A DNA stretch of 64,000 nucleotides from Ostrea edulis (lineage: Eukaryota), in the NCBI RefSeq assembly GCF_947568905.1, contig NC_079165.1, positions 28,892,001 through 28,956,000 on the forward strand, in the 5' to 3' direction. Under the pieces are notes generated by a model. That model ran no database searches. It was not told the origin of the DNA and was given only the letters and a program-made list of their open reading frames with translations. Shown here in pieces: positions 47,471-60,320 of this stretch; position 1 is the first letter of the stretch, and each line of letters opens with the position of its first letter. The translations under genes were made by a program, and so were the position numbers.

Positions 47471-49375
47471 ATGCCTGCAAGAGACGAAGGAAGGGGAAAG
47501 GGAAAAGGCAGAGGGAAGGCACCGAAGACTGCATCTACTGTAGTGAAACCCACCTCCGTGGAAAGCTCACAACGGCAGTCTAAAGTGTCGCCTCCTCCTG
47601 AGAGTCCCACAGAGTCACGGTCTGCCAGTCCGCAACCACAGTTACGGTCACAGCCTCATATATCTGCACGGTCTCCAACGCCGCCTCTACGACAACATCA
47701 AGAGGATGCTGCCAGTAATGCCAGTGGTGATGATGAAGATAGAGATCTTACTCCACAACCAGGCAACAGCGCAAGGTAATATCATAATTTTGAAAAACAA
47801 TTATTGAAAAACTCGTTTGTAATTATTACAATAATTTATTATTATTATAAATGTTCGTTTCATCTCTTTTAGTCAGGCAACGTCTGGTGACATGAAGACA
47901 GCCGGTGATGGTGAGCCCAAATCTGGTGGTAGAAAGCGGAAGGATGGCAGTGGGCGGTCCAACTACCGCAAGGACATACATCCGGGAAATGAAGACGAGA
48001 TGGTGGAGTTTTTCAAGGACCATCGGTCGCTGTGTGACCTCCGACATAAGGATTATGAGAACAGGGACGTCCGCCAGTCGTTGTTACAGCAACTGTCCCA
48101 GTCGGTCCAGGTCTCAGGTAAATATTTCAAACGATTTTAATGAAACATTGAATAATCCAATATGATATTATAAAATATATTAATATCAATATATTAATAT
48201 AATATTTTTATATTCTAGTGACTAACATAGAAGGCTGGTGGAAGGGGATGAGGGATACCTTCACTAAGCTGACAAAAACCAAGTCCGGTGATGCACTGGA
48301 GGATCTGCCCTACTAGCAAAACTGGATCCTCACTAAGTTCGCATACCTGCGAGAGAGGCCCACCACCAACCAGGATCCTGTGAAAAGTGTAAGTATTATA
48401 AAAAACCTAAATACATAAATTTATTATTATATTATGAATACTTTTTATAAATATTTGTCACATTTCAAGTATTTATGTTTCCTTTGTTATCATGTCTTTT
48501 CAGCTGAAGGCGATCATAGATGACAATGCAGGGGATCTGGCCGCTGCAGAGAGAGAGAGGCTGCGAAGCAGGGAAAGGAGGCTGCCAAGAAGCAGGTCAA
48601 AGGCAATGCCAAGAAGCAGGACAAGGACCCCGAGGAAGTAGACCAGGAAGTCCTCCAACAAGCTGCTGCTAACAGTGCCACCACATTGGCTGCCATTCAA
48701 GAATCCATCGCCAAAGCAACAGAGCCAAAGCCCTGGACCCCATCGGACACTTTGGTACCTACCTCATTGGCGAGATGCAGGCGATGTCCAAGGGCCGGTA
48801 CAAGGCCTTCAAGAGGGAGGTACAGACTCTTCTGCTCAAGTACCAGAGCTCTACTGACGATGAGGAAGAGAATGAGAGGCAATCACCAACGCACAAGAAG
48901 TCTCATTGCAGTGACATGCAGTCAAGTCAGCAGTCCTGTGGCAGTGGCATGCAGTCAGCAGCACTCCAGTAGTGGTGCCTGTGGTGGTTATGGTGAGTGG
49001 CAGCCACAGCCCGTCAACTGGATGTCAAATCCACCTCAAGCTAGTCCCTGGGAGTCTGCTGGGAGGGGATATATGCATCAGTACTTCAACAGGATGCAGC
49101 AGGATCAGCAACAACAGCAATACAAAGGCCCGCCACAGCAGCATTATGTCCCTCAGCCTCAACAGTCTCAACCTCTGCATTCTCAACCCCAGCAGTCTCA
49201 GTCACGGCCTAGTAGCTCTAATAAAGAACCTGATTCTAGCAATATTGTCACCAGGGCTTTAGTGGCATCAGGCATCAACATGGACTCATCCCAGGTGAAT
49301 GATAATTCCCTGATTGACTCGGTAAATATGACATTTGCCTCAGCGACAGAATATAGTAGATCATCATCCAAGTGA
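47471..49375 (+). pseudogene. Harbinger MADF (Myb/SANT-like) protein with BESS-like motif; exons 47471-47775, 47873-48117, 48219-48388, 48504-49375; disrupted
   Basis: EMVEFFKDHRSLCDLRHKDYENRDVRQSLLQQLS..|..IEGWWKGMRDTFTKL (MADF) and DTFGTYLIGEMQAM..RYKAFKREVQTLL (BESS-like). In-frame TAG at 48314-16 and frameshifts near 48555, 48750 and 48950. Confidence 0.8.
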
Positions 49376-50180
49376 CTGTCTATATCATAATGACTGTTTG
49401 TATGTCATACTTACCAGTGTATATTGATTGGTTGTTTGCTGGTGATTTGTGCCATTGTAGTAATGTTTTATTATAATCTCTATTCAAAATTGTCCAAACT
49501 TTTTCTGTAAAATGGTACCGGTATATATCAGATAAAAAGATGATGGTTTAAATTTATAATTATAGACGGTGCACAGTTTTCTTTTTAATTTAGAATATGA
49601 ATCGTTAAGTTAATATTTTGAAAGTTAAATGACAAGATGTCATTTGTATATAATAATGTATTTTTGAATATCATGCTTTGTTTCCAATCATAGTTTTAAG
49701 ATTGGGTTTTATTTAAAGTAGACATATTGATAGTCCCAAATAGTCTAACGTCTAAATGGTTTAATAGTCCAAAAAGTCTTAATTCCCAAACAATAATTTG
49801 AATTCCCAATTTTGTTTTAAAGTAAAGTCCCAATAGTTTATTAAATTAGAATAAATAATGTTAAAGACCAAATAGTTTAAAAGTAGCAAATATTGTGTAA
49901 TTTCCAAATAGTTAATAAAGTCTTGAGCAGTAACTACATGAATTTATTTTTATTTTTATTTTGAAATTTGCCTGCAGTTTATTGACATTATAACATCATA
50001 ATTGTATATCCCTTTAAGTACAATAAAAATAATTTAAAAAAATATAAATCTTTATTGGTATGGTGTTAGTTGTTTACACTTATAAACATTGAAACACAAC
50101 ACAATTCCAAATACAAACAAAAATTTATTTTACCATTTCCCCTCCCCACATAGTCTCTGGCATTTGACTTGGTTTCACAT

Positions 50181-52157
50181 CTAGGGGACCATTCTACCCT
50201 GCCATGGAACACTTCCTACTTCAGAATTGCACCAGTGCTTCAGTAGGTTCCTGATCTTCTTACCGTCCTTGTTCTGATTGTTGTTGCCCGTGACAATGAC
50301 GGTGTCATGAAGATTGCGGCCTCTCCTCCATGCTCCAGGGACCAGGTTGCCTCGTATCTCATCATGTTCAATCAGGGCATTATTCATTACTGGGTAATGC
50401 ATCCTCATCAAGTTGTGCAGGATACAGCAAGTCTTGACTATGATTCGGGCTGTTAATGGCAAGTGGTTCATCTTGGAGGCTAAGATCTGGAATCTGTTGC
50501 TAATAATTCCAAATGCATTCTCAGAGACACGACGAGCCCTGGACAGTCTGTAGTTCAGGATCCTCTGCTCCCTGGATAGATCCCTCTGATCATAGGGTTT
50601 CATCATGTTCTTGGCCAGGCTGAAGGCATCGTCTCCCACCAGGAAATATGGTATGTCCACATTGTCATGGGGGAGAGGGTCTGGGTCTTGAAAGTTGATC
50701 GATCCATCCTCCACCAACTCCTTGAAGTCCGAGTTGTTGTAGATCTGAGCATCACCACTTGACCCATAGCCTGAAATGTCAGAAAGACAAAACAATATAA
50801 GTATATGCTGTACTTCATATTTGGGTATTTTTCTCGAACATCACCCATGCGCCACTCCGAGCACAAAGTTGTATGACAAAAGGGAGGATTGCAACTTCCT
50901 GATTGTAAACATTTCATTCCTATGTGGCAACATACCATCATCACCAGCATATGGCGTGTTTATGTCGCAGCTGATTCGGTACTCAAAAGCGTATTCAGTA
51001 TATGAAGACTTTCGCAGCCGCGTTATGTAGCTGGCACGTAAGTTACTTGCCCAGGGTTTTGTTGACTTTAGGCTAAAAAAAAAAAACACTTACGCAAGTT
51101 CCTCGGTCGTCATCAAGATCTTCTGCGTCATTACGGTGTCTCTGTTACTAGTATGACATGGGACATCTTTGACAAGTGCTACTGATTACCCTTTATTTTG
51201 AGGTAAGGAACTTCATGACGGGTGCCACATACTCACCCGTCACGAACACATGATTTCACCTCATGGTTTCCTACCAGATTTTTGTTGTCATGTAGTTTTT
51301 GTTCCCTTAAGTACATTGTTTTGTCTTTGTCTGTGGATATTTGTCATTTGTTTAACTCTTCTGCACGATGCGAGGTATTCTATACTTACATACACGATAA
51401 TAAAAATATTATGTCATACATATAAAAAGAATGTATCACACTTACCACCAACATCGCACCAGACAAATTTGTAGTCACTGTCCACTATAGCCAGCAGGAT
51501 GATACTGAAGAAGCCCTTGTAGTTGTAATATAACGAGCCAGAGAGAGGAGGCTTTCTGATGGCCACATGCTTTCCATCAATAGCAGCCACGCAGTGGGGA
51601 AAATTCCAACGCCAGTAGAATCCATCAGAAAGTTGTTGCCATCCATCAGGGGTTGAAGGGGCTGTCATGACTTCATCTGCATACTCTTCACATATGGCCT
51701 GACACACCTCTCTGACCACTACAGATAGGGTGTTTTCAGGTACTCTCCAACCATACTGAATGTCAGAGTACATGGTGCCAGACACAAGATGACGGAGAGT
51801 AGCTGCCAACTTGAGACCTTCGTTCAGCGGCTCCCTGAACCAGATGTGCTGCCTCCAAATTCTTCCTCTGACCCTCTCCAGGATTTCATCGTAGAGTTCA
51901 GGGGGCATGCAGAGAAATTTCCTGAAAGTCGACGGATCTTCTCTTCGGAGCTCAACTAACAGCTGGTCAAAGATGCCAAAGGCCCTTCTTCTGGCAGGGT
52001 TCAGCCATGTCCTTCTCCAGATACGACGCCGTCTGAAGCCTCGTCTCCATCTGAAGCGGCCTCTAATAAATTGGTGTAGGTTCAGCTGCTGGAGTACAAC
52101 TTCATTCTGAGCCATTGCCAGTAAATACTGGACTCTCAGGCGGGCTGCATCTTCCAT
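50181..52157 (-). CDS. Harbinger/HARBI1-type DDE transposase, 433 aa, two exons (52157-51446, 50770-50181), apparently intact
   Basis: FPHCVAAIDGKH..YYNYKGFFSIILLAIVD..DVG|GYGSSGD..LVGDDAF..FNYRL-type LNYRLSRARRVSENAFG. Phase-1 GTAAGT donor and TTTCAG acceptor. Confidence 0.9.
50835..51360 (+). mobile_element. Distinct PLE subfamily fragment filling the transposase intron
   Basis: LYDKREDCNFLIVNISFLCGNIPSSPAYGVFMSQLIRYSKA, with a 3' UTR different from the main family. Confidence 0.75.
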
Positions 52158-53741
52158 TTCACTTTAGAATCTTTAAAAATGTGAGTTGAAATATAAAACT
52201 GTGAGGTGCTTTTGAAATTTAGGCCAGGAATGAAGCACAATCATGGTGATGGGCCTTTATATATGAGTAACGTGGTGCGTGGCAGGTCCGAGAGGCTCAG
52301 ATGGCACCAAATTTTTCGTCTGGTAACTCGCTCGTGTTCGTATCAATTCGCAATCCATAGTTTGCTATAGTGACTCTTAGTCTTGCGTTCGTGTATGCAT
52401 CGCTATTCAAATTTAGTAAAAGTTAGTCTTAGTTCCCCTTCGCATAGAAGATGGCAAGCGAAAATACGTTTGTCATAGTAAGTCTTCGTTTATACACGCA
52501 TGTCATATTTAGTCATCGTGTCGCTTCGTTTACGATTGTTTCGATATCGGTCCGTTTTGGCAACAGTACGGTGAGGGACGATGCATGACAATAACACACG
52601 AACGATAAACGAATGATTATCACAGAGTAAATAAGAGATGCGAATTCAAGCAGATAATAGACGATTTTTCAAATCGTCGTGAAATTTTAAACATGTTCAA
52701 AATTCCAGCACGAATTTGAATAATCGCAACTGTTGGTTCAGAAGGTCAACGAAACCAAAAACGAAGGATAACTATAATTTACTATCAATTACCATGGAAA
52801 ACGATTTTTTCAAAACTTTGATTCGCCAGCCATCGCAAGGCTTATTTCATGCAATTCGGTCTAGTGTGAGGCGGTTTTTAGACTAGAATGTTGAAACCCC
52901 TTTAACATCATACGGTAAAAGGATATCGATATACCAGGTATCTAAATGTCGATTTGAAGGTCAAGCAAAAGATTTTTTTTCTTCTCAAGTCGTTGCTTTT
53001 GAATAAAGTCTGCCTGATAAGATTTTTTTTTATAAAAAAGGTCAGCTAATAAAAGAGCACAATTTGTGCGCATGTGAATTCTTATCACCAAATACCACGC
53101 AGAATGAGGAATTCCAGCATCTTTTAAACGTTAACTTCAGAGTACTTGTGCGTAGATTCTGAAACGTATTGCATTTTCAACATATTATCACCTAAGTCCC
53201 TCGCTCGGACCTGATCCCAAGGGTCATAATTTTCTTATTGATCATTAAAATCCTACAAACAGTTTCTCTATTTGATGTTCAGCAGTAGAGAAAATTTTCT
53301 ATGGCATTTGACAAATCTAGCCCTAACGTGATGCAGGAATCTTAGGATCATGAATTTAAGTTTTAGTAGAGGACACTTTGCTCATTACAATCATGTAAAC
53401 ATTTTGCCTTGTCAATGTCCAGAAGAAAGGAGGAAGATTTTCCAAGATATAATGAATTTTCAATATATGACCAATTTAGCTACACCCTAGGGCCTGATAC
53501 CACGGGTCATGAATTTTACTGTATGGTAGAAGGCATGGTGCGTATTATAATCATGCAAATGTTTTGCCTACTTTACGTTCAAAAGTAATGATGAAGTGTT
53601 TTTAAGATATAATGCATTTTTGATATGTGACCAACTTAGCTCCACCCTATGGCCTGAATACTGAACTCAGGGGTCATGAATTTCTGTTTTTTGTGGTAAA
53701 GGGCCCATTACTTATTACATTCATGCCACTAGTGTAAGACG

Positions 53742-53880
53742 NNNNNNNNNNNNNNNNNNNNNNNNNNNNNNNNNNNNNNNNNNNNNNNNNNNNNNNNNNN
53801 NNNNNNNNNNNNNNNNNNNNNNNNNNNNNNNNNNNNNNNNNNNNNNNNNNNNNNNNNNNNNNNNNNNNNNNNNNNNNNNN
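53742..53880. other. Assembly gap (139 N)
   Basis: Run of N. Confidence 1.
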
Positions 53881-54289
53881 TCAATCAATCAATAGTTTAA
53901 AGAAGTAAAAAAGACTTTTGAAGTATACATTTATTTTGATGGTTTTGGTCATATCCCTCTGGCCTCTGGGAGGCAGAGACCATGATATCCACAATACGTG
54001 CTCCCTCTTTACCCACAGATGCTATATATCAAAATTGGTTGAAATTGATTTAGTCATTTCGAAGAAGGTGCTGGAAATGTTAAAAAAAACAACTTTAACT
54101 CTGACTCACAATGAACTAAGAGCGACGACTGACGACAACATATATCAGAAAACCACCCGAGTGTCTCAGATGACCTGAACATTATCCGGGTTTTTTCGTG
54201 TATCACTTCATACTTGCTAAAAAGTTAAAGTAGAAAACAGTTCGTTTTAAATACACACATTTGATCTATGCTCTGGTTAATCAGGAACA

Positions 54290-54640
54290 AACTCGCACCA
54301 ACAATGTGCGCCACGCCTCTATAGATAGAACTCACGCCTACAGTTTGCGCCACGCCTCTATAGATAGGACTCACTCCTACAGTGTGCACCACGCCTCTAT
54401 AGATAGAACTCAAGCCTACAATGTGCGTCACGCCTCTATAGATAGGACTCACTCCTACAGTGTGCACCAACCACGCCTCTATGCCTACAGTGTGCACCAC
54501 GCCTCTATATATAGAACTCACGCCTACAGTGTGCGCCCAGCCTCTATAGATAGGATTCACGCCTACAGTGTGCGTCACGCCTTTATAGATAGGATTCACA
54601 TCGACAGTGTGCGCCACGCCTTTATAGATAGGACTAATGA
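54290..54640. repeat. 39-bp minisatellite, about 9 copies, running into a PLE 3' end (about 54625-54790, +)
   Basis: CACGCCTCTATAGATAGGACTCACGCCTACAGTGTGCGC; grades into GACTGGTGTGACCGGTCGGCAGGGAATGCTTACTCC. Confidence 0.9.
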
Positions 54641-57409
54641 CTGGTGTGACCGGTCGGCAGGGAATGCTTACTCCTCTTAGGCACTCGACCCCACCTCTGG
54701 TGTGTCCAGGGGTCCGTGTTTGCCTTACTTTTAATTTTGTATTCTTTATAGGAGTTTAGGTTGATCACTGTTCGTAATTTTCACCTTTTCACCATTCTGT
54801 AGGTCATTCTTTTTTCAAAAACAATTCTCTGTCATCAAGTTCCTTGATGACTAAAACTTGGTCATTTCAGTTGCTTTTTCCTATTTAAAAGCTGTTCAAT
54901 AGTTAGGGAGAAAGTCTTCATACGAGACCTGTGCTACAGTTCAAAAGGATGAAAAATGCTGAATATCGATTTTTGTTTGATTGATTTCTAAAGTGCAGTC
55001 TTTGTGGATTTGCTATGTATAGCCACCAATCCCGGAGTTGTAACAAACTAGATATGATAACTATTATCCAGTCCCTGCTGGTGACATTCTCAGTGTGATT
55101 CTTAAGAATTATTGTTTAGGATAGAACGAAACACGAATTTGGAATTCAATCAAAGCGTAAATTGGAAATCTTAATTACGTGGAAAATTGAAAAGAGAGGC
55201 ATTATGTGTTATTTTTTTTTTAATAACCGCCTTCCACGCAGCTTAACTATAATCTAGAACCGGGAAAACAAATCATTGTTGATATGAAATTTTGAAGGAC
55301 ATATTACATATGTTTCATGCATAAAGAGGGTTCATAGATTTTTGTCACTAGTATTATATAATTTTCATAAACAAATACACGCAGGAAATATCAAAATAGG
55401 CCTGATGTGGATATTTCTAGAATTGATACCCTATTATGTTTGTTTAATATTTGTTTGTCTTTTGTAACTCTAAATTCCCCCGATGCGCTTTCTTTGTACT
55501 TCCGTCCAGCTGCCAATGATTACAGAATGAAATAACTCAGTTAGACTAACATCATAGTACCGTGAGTATTGACAGATGAAGATACAACACGAATAGCTTC
55601 TAGTCCTACTTGCTATAAGGAACATGTGAATGCTGAAATATATATATATATATAATTCAATAAAAAAGCAGGAAAATATACAGTCCAAAATATATTTAAA
55701 TCATATATATTATCTTTTAAAAGGGACTGATTCACGATTTCTCCATTAATTTTGTTTCTCACTTTTAATGATCAAAAGCTACTGTCTAATGTGTTTAAAA
55801 GATTTCACATAAAACTTAAGGTTATACATTATCACAGAAGCTCAATTCAGAGAGTTTGTTATTTGTTTTGTAAACAAAGATTGCGGTATGTTATTGTTTA
55901 CGAAATTTTCAAAAGAAATGTATTTCGATCTAAGTTTATTATAGCTTTCACATTTTAAGCATTCTGTGGGTAGAATGTGCCATCTAAAAGTTTGTGACTA
56001 TGCAAAATTAAGATGCTTTATATTACAAAATTAATATTTCACTGGTTTGTTTCTATACATAAAAAGACTCATTACATTAAAGAGTTTTGTGTTGCATTCG
56101 GTGTGAAACTTGACAAGGGTCCGCTGAGGCTTTGAGGGGATTTTTTTAAAAGATGGAATGCTACAGTCTGAGATTGCTTGTTTATAGGGATAATCAAAAC
56201 GTATTTTACATCTCGCAACACGATCTGCCAATTCACTCAACGCGGGAAATATAATGCAGTGTGACGTCATATCAACAGACACAATTACAATTAGAAAACT
56301 GTCTATTTCTGAAAAAATGTTTGTGGTACTTTCCGATCTATCTATCTGTTTTCTTTACTGTTGAAATTCCACAGTCTTATATTTTCAATTATATCAATTT
56401 TTAATTTTTATTCTTTGTATGAGTTATGAGATTGATCTCTGTTCGTTATCGTCACTTTTTCATGACGTCGTTCACCTATTTAGTCGTATTACTTTCTATA
56501 GAATGGTTTGCTAAAAATGTTAGAATATGAACATATATAGAATACATGTTCAACAAACTGATTGCTTTAATTACAAATTGCACTTCAGAATCTTGTACTC
56601 GTATCTTTTGACAATGAAATTCAAAACTAGTACATGGTGACAGGGGACAGTTGTTTTGGTTCTGAAATATGTGGGTAAGGGGTATACTTCAAAGTCAGAT
56701 TATGATAGACTAATGAAAACTCATATTTCCCTTTTATGTTAATGTTTGTATTCATATTGGTGTAGTTAGCAAATTATGAGCCTAAATTACATGTAATCTA
56801 TACATACTTGTGCTGGTGGACAAAATATGCTCTGAGCGGGTGCCCCTTTATCGGTTTGATTTTCTTTCATTTGGGCTAATCCGCAGTACCCACACACCAT
56901 CACAGTATCGAGCGAGGGGATTTAGACATTGTACACAATCAAGAACCCTGTCTGCCCTTCTTAAAAATCTACCTTTCATATGGGGCCATCCAACTTCCCC
57001 TAAGCTACAGATCTTTAGCTGGACCATGCATGTTTTCACCTGAATTTCTTCAGCAATTGACCACGTGTCTTAGTTTCGTATTTGCACCGACTATATTAGG
57101 AATCATGGTGACACCTAAATGCTGCATATCATCTTTTTCATTAAGCACCCAGCTAAATTTGACAGGTATCCTAAAATTATTGCCTACATTTTTACACATG
57201 TAATATCACTTCAAATATGGGATTTTCCCATTTTTAAGACAGTTGACCGGGCCTATAGTGCGAATCTGTCACCTGCTACCATATACGATTTATAAAATTT
57301 TCAATGAACGTATGTAGATATTATCTATAGTCTTTTGCCGATTTTGTCTTTTTCTTTCACTCACGTGTTACATTAAAGCCTTCGGTCCGTCCGGTTTCGC
57401 TCAGTATAT

Positions 57410-58130
57410 CAGGTACTAATCAGGTACTAATGTATCATACTATTTAGATGTTAGCATATCATACTATTTAGGTACAATTATGTCATAATATTTAGGTACT
57501 GGCATATCATACTCTTTAGGTACTAGTACATATATGTATATCATACTATTTAGGTACTACTAAATCATACTATTTAGGTACTAGTATGTCATACTATTTA
57601 GGTACTAGTATGCCATACTATTTAAATACTAGTATATGATAGTATGTAGGTACTAGTATATCATACGAACTAGCATAAAAAGGTGAAGATAACGAACATT
57701 AATCAATCTCATAACTACTATAAGGAATACAAAATAGTGAGTTGGGCAAACACGGATCCCTGGATATACCAGAGGTGGGATCAGGTGCCTAGGAGAGTTA
57801 GCATTCCATGTCGATCAATCACAACTGCCGTGAGCCCTATATCTTAATTAGGTAAACGGAGTGATGGTTAAACAGAATCAGTGTGCTAAGAACGGCCTAA
57901 CAATCGGTATGAAACACGTCAGATAGCATTTGACCCAATGATAGGTTGTATTCACAAACTAGATCATTATAACGAAAATAAAATTTGCGAAATGCTGACT
58001 AAATCATACAAACAATGTATATTATATGAACTACTAGTACATTATACTAAGTCATATGTATAAGTGTATCCTAAATACTAGTATATCATACTTATTAATC
58101 TATCAAAAGTACTAGTGAGTTAGTATATCA
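57410..58130. repeat. Degenerate about 24-bp minisatellite interrupted by a PLE 3' fragment (about 57678-58000, -)
   Basis: TTTAGGTACTAGTATATCATACTA units lie on both sides of AAGGTGAAGATAACGAAC... Confidence 0.75.
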
Positions 58131-58134
58131 TATA

Positions 58135-60320
58135 CTACCGTAGCGGTGTTTTGCTGTACGTACCTTTAAGAGGAGTTTTACTATATGTAGTTTTAAGCGG
58201 TGTATTGTTGTAGTAGATTTAAGCGTTGTTTTGCTGTGTGTAGTTTTAAACGGTGTTTTACTGCATGCAGTTTTAAGAGGTGTTTTGTTACATGTAGCTT
58301 TAAGCGGTGTTTTGCTGTATGTAGTTGTAAGCGGTGTTTTGCTGTATGTAGTTTTAAGCGGACTTTTTCTGTATGTAACTTTAAGTGGTGTTTTGCTGTC
58401 TGTAGTTTTAAGCGGAGTTTTGCTGTATGCAGTTTTAAGCGGTGTTTTGCTGTATGTAGTTTTAAGCGGAGTTTTGCTGTATGTAGTTTTAAGTGGTGTT
58501 TTGCTGTATGTAGTTTTAAGCGGAGGTTTGCTGTATGTAGTTTTAAGCGGACTTTTTCTGTATGTAACTTTAAGTGGTGTTTTGCTGTCTGTAGTTTTAA
58601 GCGGAGTTTTGCTGTATGTAGTTTTAAGTGGTGTTTTGCTGTATGTAGTTTTAAGCGGAGGTTTGCTGTATGTAGTTTTAAGCGGCGTTTTGCTGTATGT
58701 AGTTTTAAGTGGTGTTTTTCTGTCTGTAGTTTTAAGCGTTGTTTTGCTGTATGTAGTTTTAAACGGTGTTTTATTGCATGTAGTTTTAAGAGGTGTTTTG
58801 TTACATGTACCTTTAAGCGGTGTTTTGCTGTATGTAGTTGTAAGCGGTGTTTTGCTGTATGTAGTTGAAAGGAGAGTTTTGCTGTCTGTAGTTTTAAACG
58901 AAGTTTTGCTGTATGTAGTTTTAAGCGATGTTTTACTGTATGTAGTTTTAAGCGGTGTTTTGTTGTATGCAGTTTTAAGTGTGTTTTACTGTATGTAGTT
59001 TTAAGCGGAGGTTTGTTGTATGTAGTTTTAAACGGTGTTTTGCTGTATGTAGTTTTAAGCAGAGGTTTGCTGTATGTAGTTTTAAGCGGCGTTTTGCTGT
59101 ATGTGGTTTTAAGCGGAGTTTTGATGTATGTAGTTTTAAGCGGACTTTTGCTGTATGAAGGTTTAAAAGGAGTTTTGCTGTATGTAGTTTAAGCGATGTT
59201 TTGCTGTATGTAGTTTTAAGCAGTGTTTTATTGTATGCAGTTTAAACGGTGTTTTGTTGTATGCAGTTTTAAGCGGTGGTTTGCTGTAAGTAGGTTTAAG
59301 CGGAGTTTTGCTGTATGTAGCTTTAAGTGGTGTTTTGCTGTCTGTAGTTTTAAGCGGAGGTTTGCTGTATGTAGCTTTAAGCGGTGTTTTGCTGTCTGTA
59401 GTTTTAAGCGGAGTTTTGCTGTCTGTAGTTTTAAGCAGTATTTTGCTGTCTGTAGTTTTAAGCGGTGTTTTGTTGTATGTAACTTTAAGTGGTGTTTTGT
59501 TGTAACTTTAAGTGGTGTTTTGCTGTATGTAGCTTTAAGTGGTGTTTTGCTGTCTGTAGTTTTAAGCGGAGTTTTGCTGTATGTAGCTTTAAGCGGTGTT
59601 TTGATGTCTGTAGTTTTAAGCGGAGTTTTGCTGAATGTAGTTTTAAGCAGTATTTTGCTGTCTGTAGTTTTAAGCGGTGTTTTGTTGTATGTAACTTTAA
59701 GTGGTGTTTTGCTGTATGTAGTTTTAAGCGGTGTTTTGCTGTATGTAGTTTAAGCGGTGTTTTGCTGTATGTAGTTTTAAACGGAGTTTTGCTGTATGTA
59801 GCTTTAAGCGGTGTTTTGCTGTATGTAGTTTTAAACGGAGTTTTGCTGTATGTAGTTTAAGCGATGTTTTGCTGTATGTAGTTTTAAGCAGTGTTTTGTT
59901 GTATGCAGTTTAAACGGTGTTTTGTTGTATGCAGTTTTAAGCGGAGTTTTGCTGTATGTAGCTTTAAGCGGTGTTTTGCTGTCTGTAGTTTTAAGCGGAG
60001 TTTTGCTGTATGTAACTTTAAGTGGTGTTTTGCTGTATGTAGCTTTAAGTGGTGTTTTGCTGTATGTAGTTTTAAGCGGAGTTTTGCTGTATGTAGCTTT
60101 AAGCGGTGTTTTGCTGTCTGTAGTTTTAAGCGGAGTTTTGCTGTATGTAGTTTTAAGCGGTGTTTTGCTGTCTGTAGTTTTAAGCAGTATTTTGCTGTCT
60201 GTAGTTTTAAGCGGTGTTTTGTTGTATGTAACTTTAAGTGGTGTTTTGCTGTATGTAGTTTTAAGCGGTGTTTTGCTGTCTGTAGTTTTAAGTGGAGTTT
60301 TGCTGTATGTAGCATTAAAC
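58135..60320. repeat. 27-bp satellite array, about 80 copies
   Basis: Unit TTTAAGCGGTGTTTTGCTGTATGTAGT; produces spurious 9-aa repeat ORFs. Confidence 0.97.

Larger units (their letters stand above)
47050..52877. mobile_element. Full-length PIF/Harbinger DNA transposon (5.8 kb)
   Basis: TIR AGGCCGCCTCACACT / AGTGTGAGGCGGTTT (13/15), TSD TTA (47047-49, 52878-80), convergent transposase and MADF genes, and CGAA/TTCG-rich subterminal regions. Confidence 0.92.

Noticed and set aside
56810-57050. GC-richer island with short ORFs on both strands
   Set aside because: No recognisable motif or consistent splice and frame solution.
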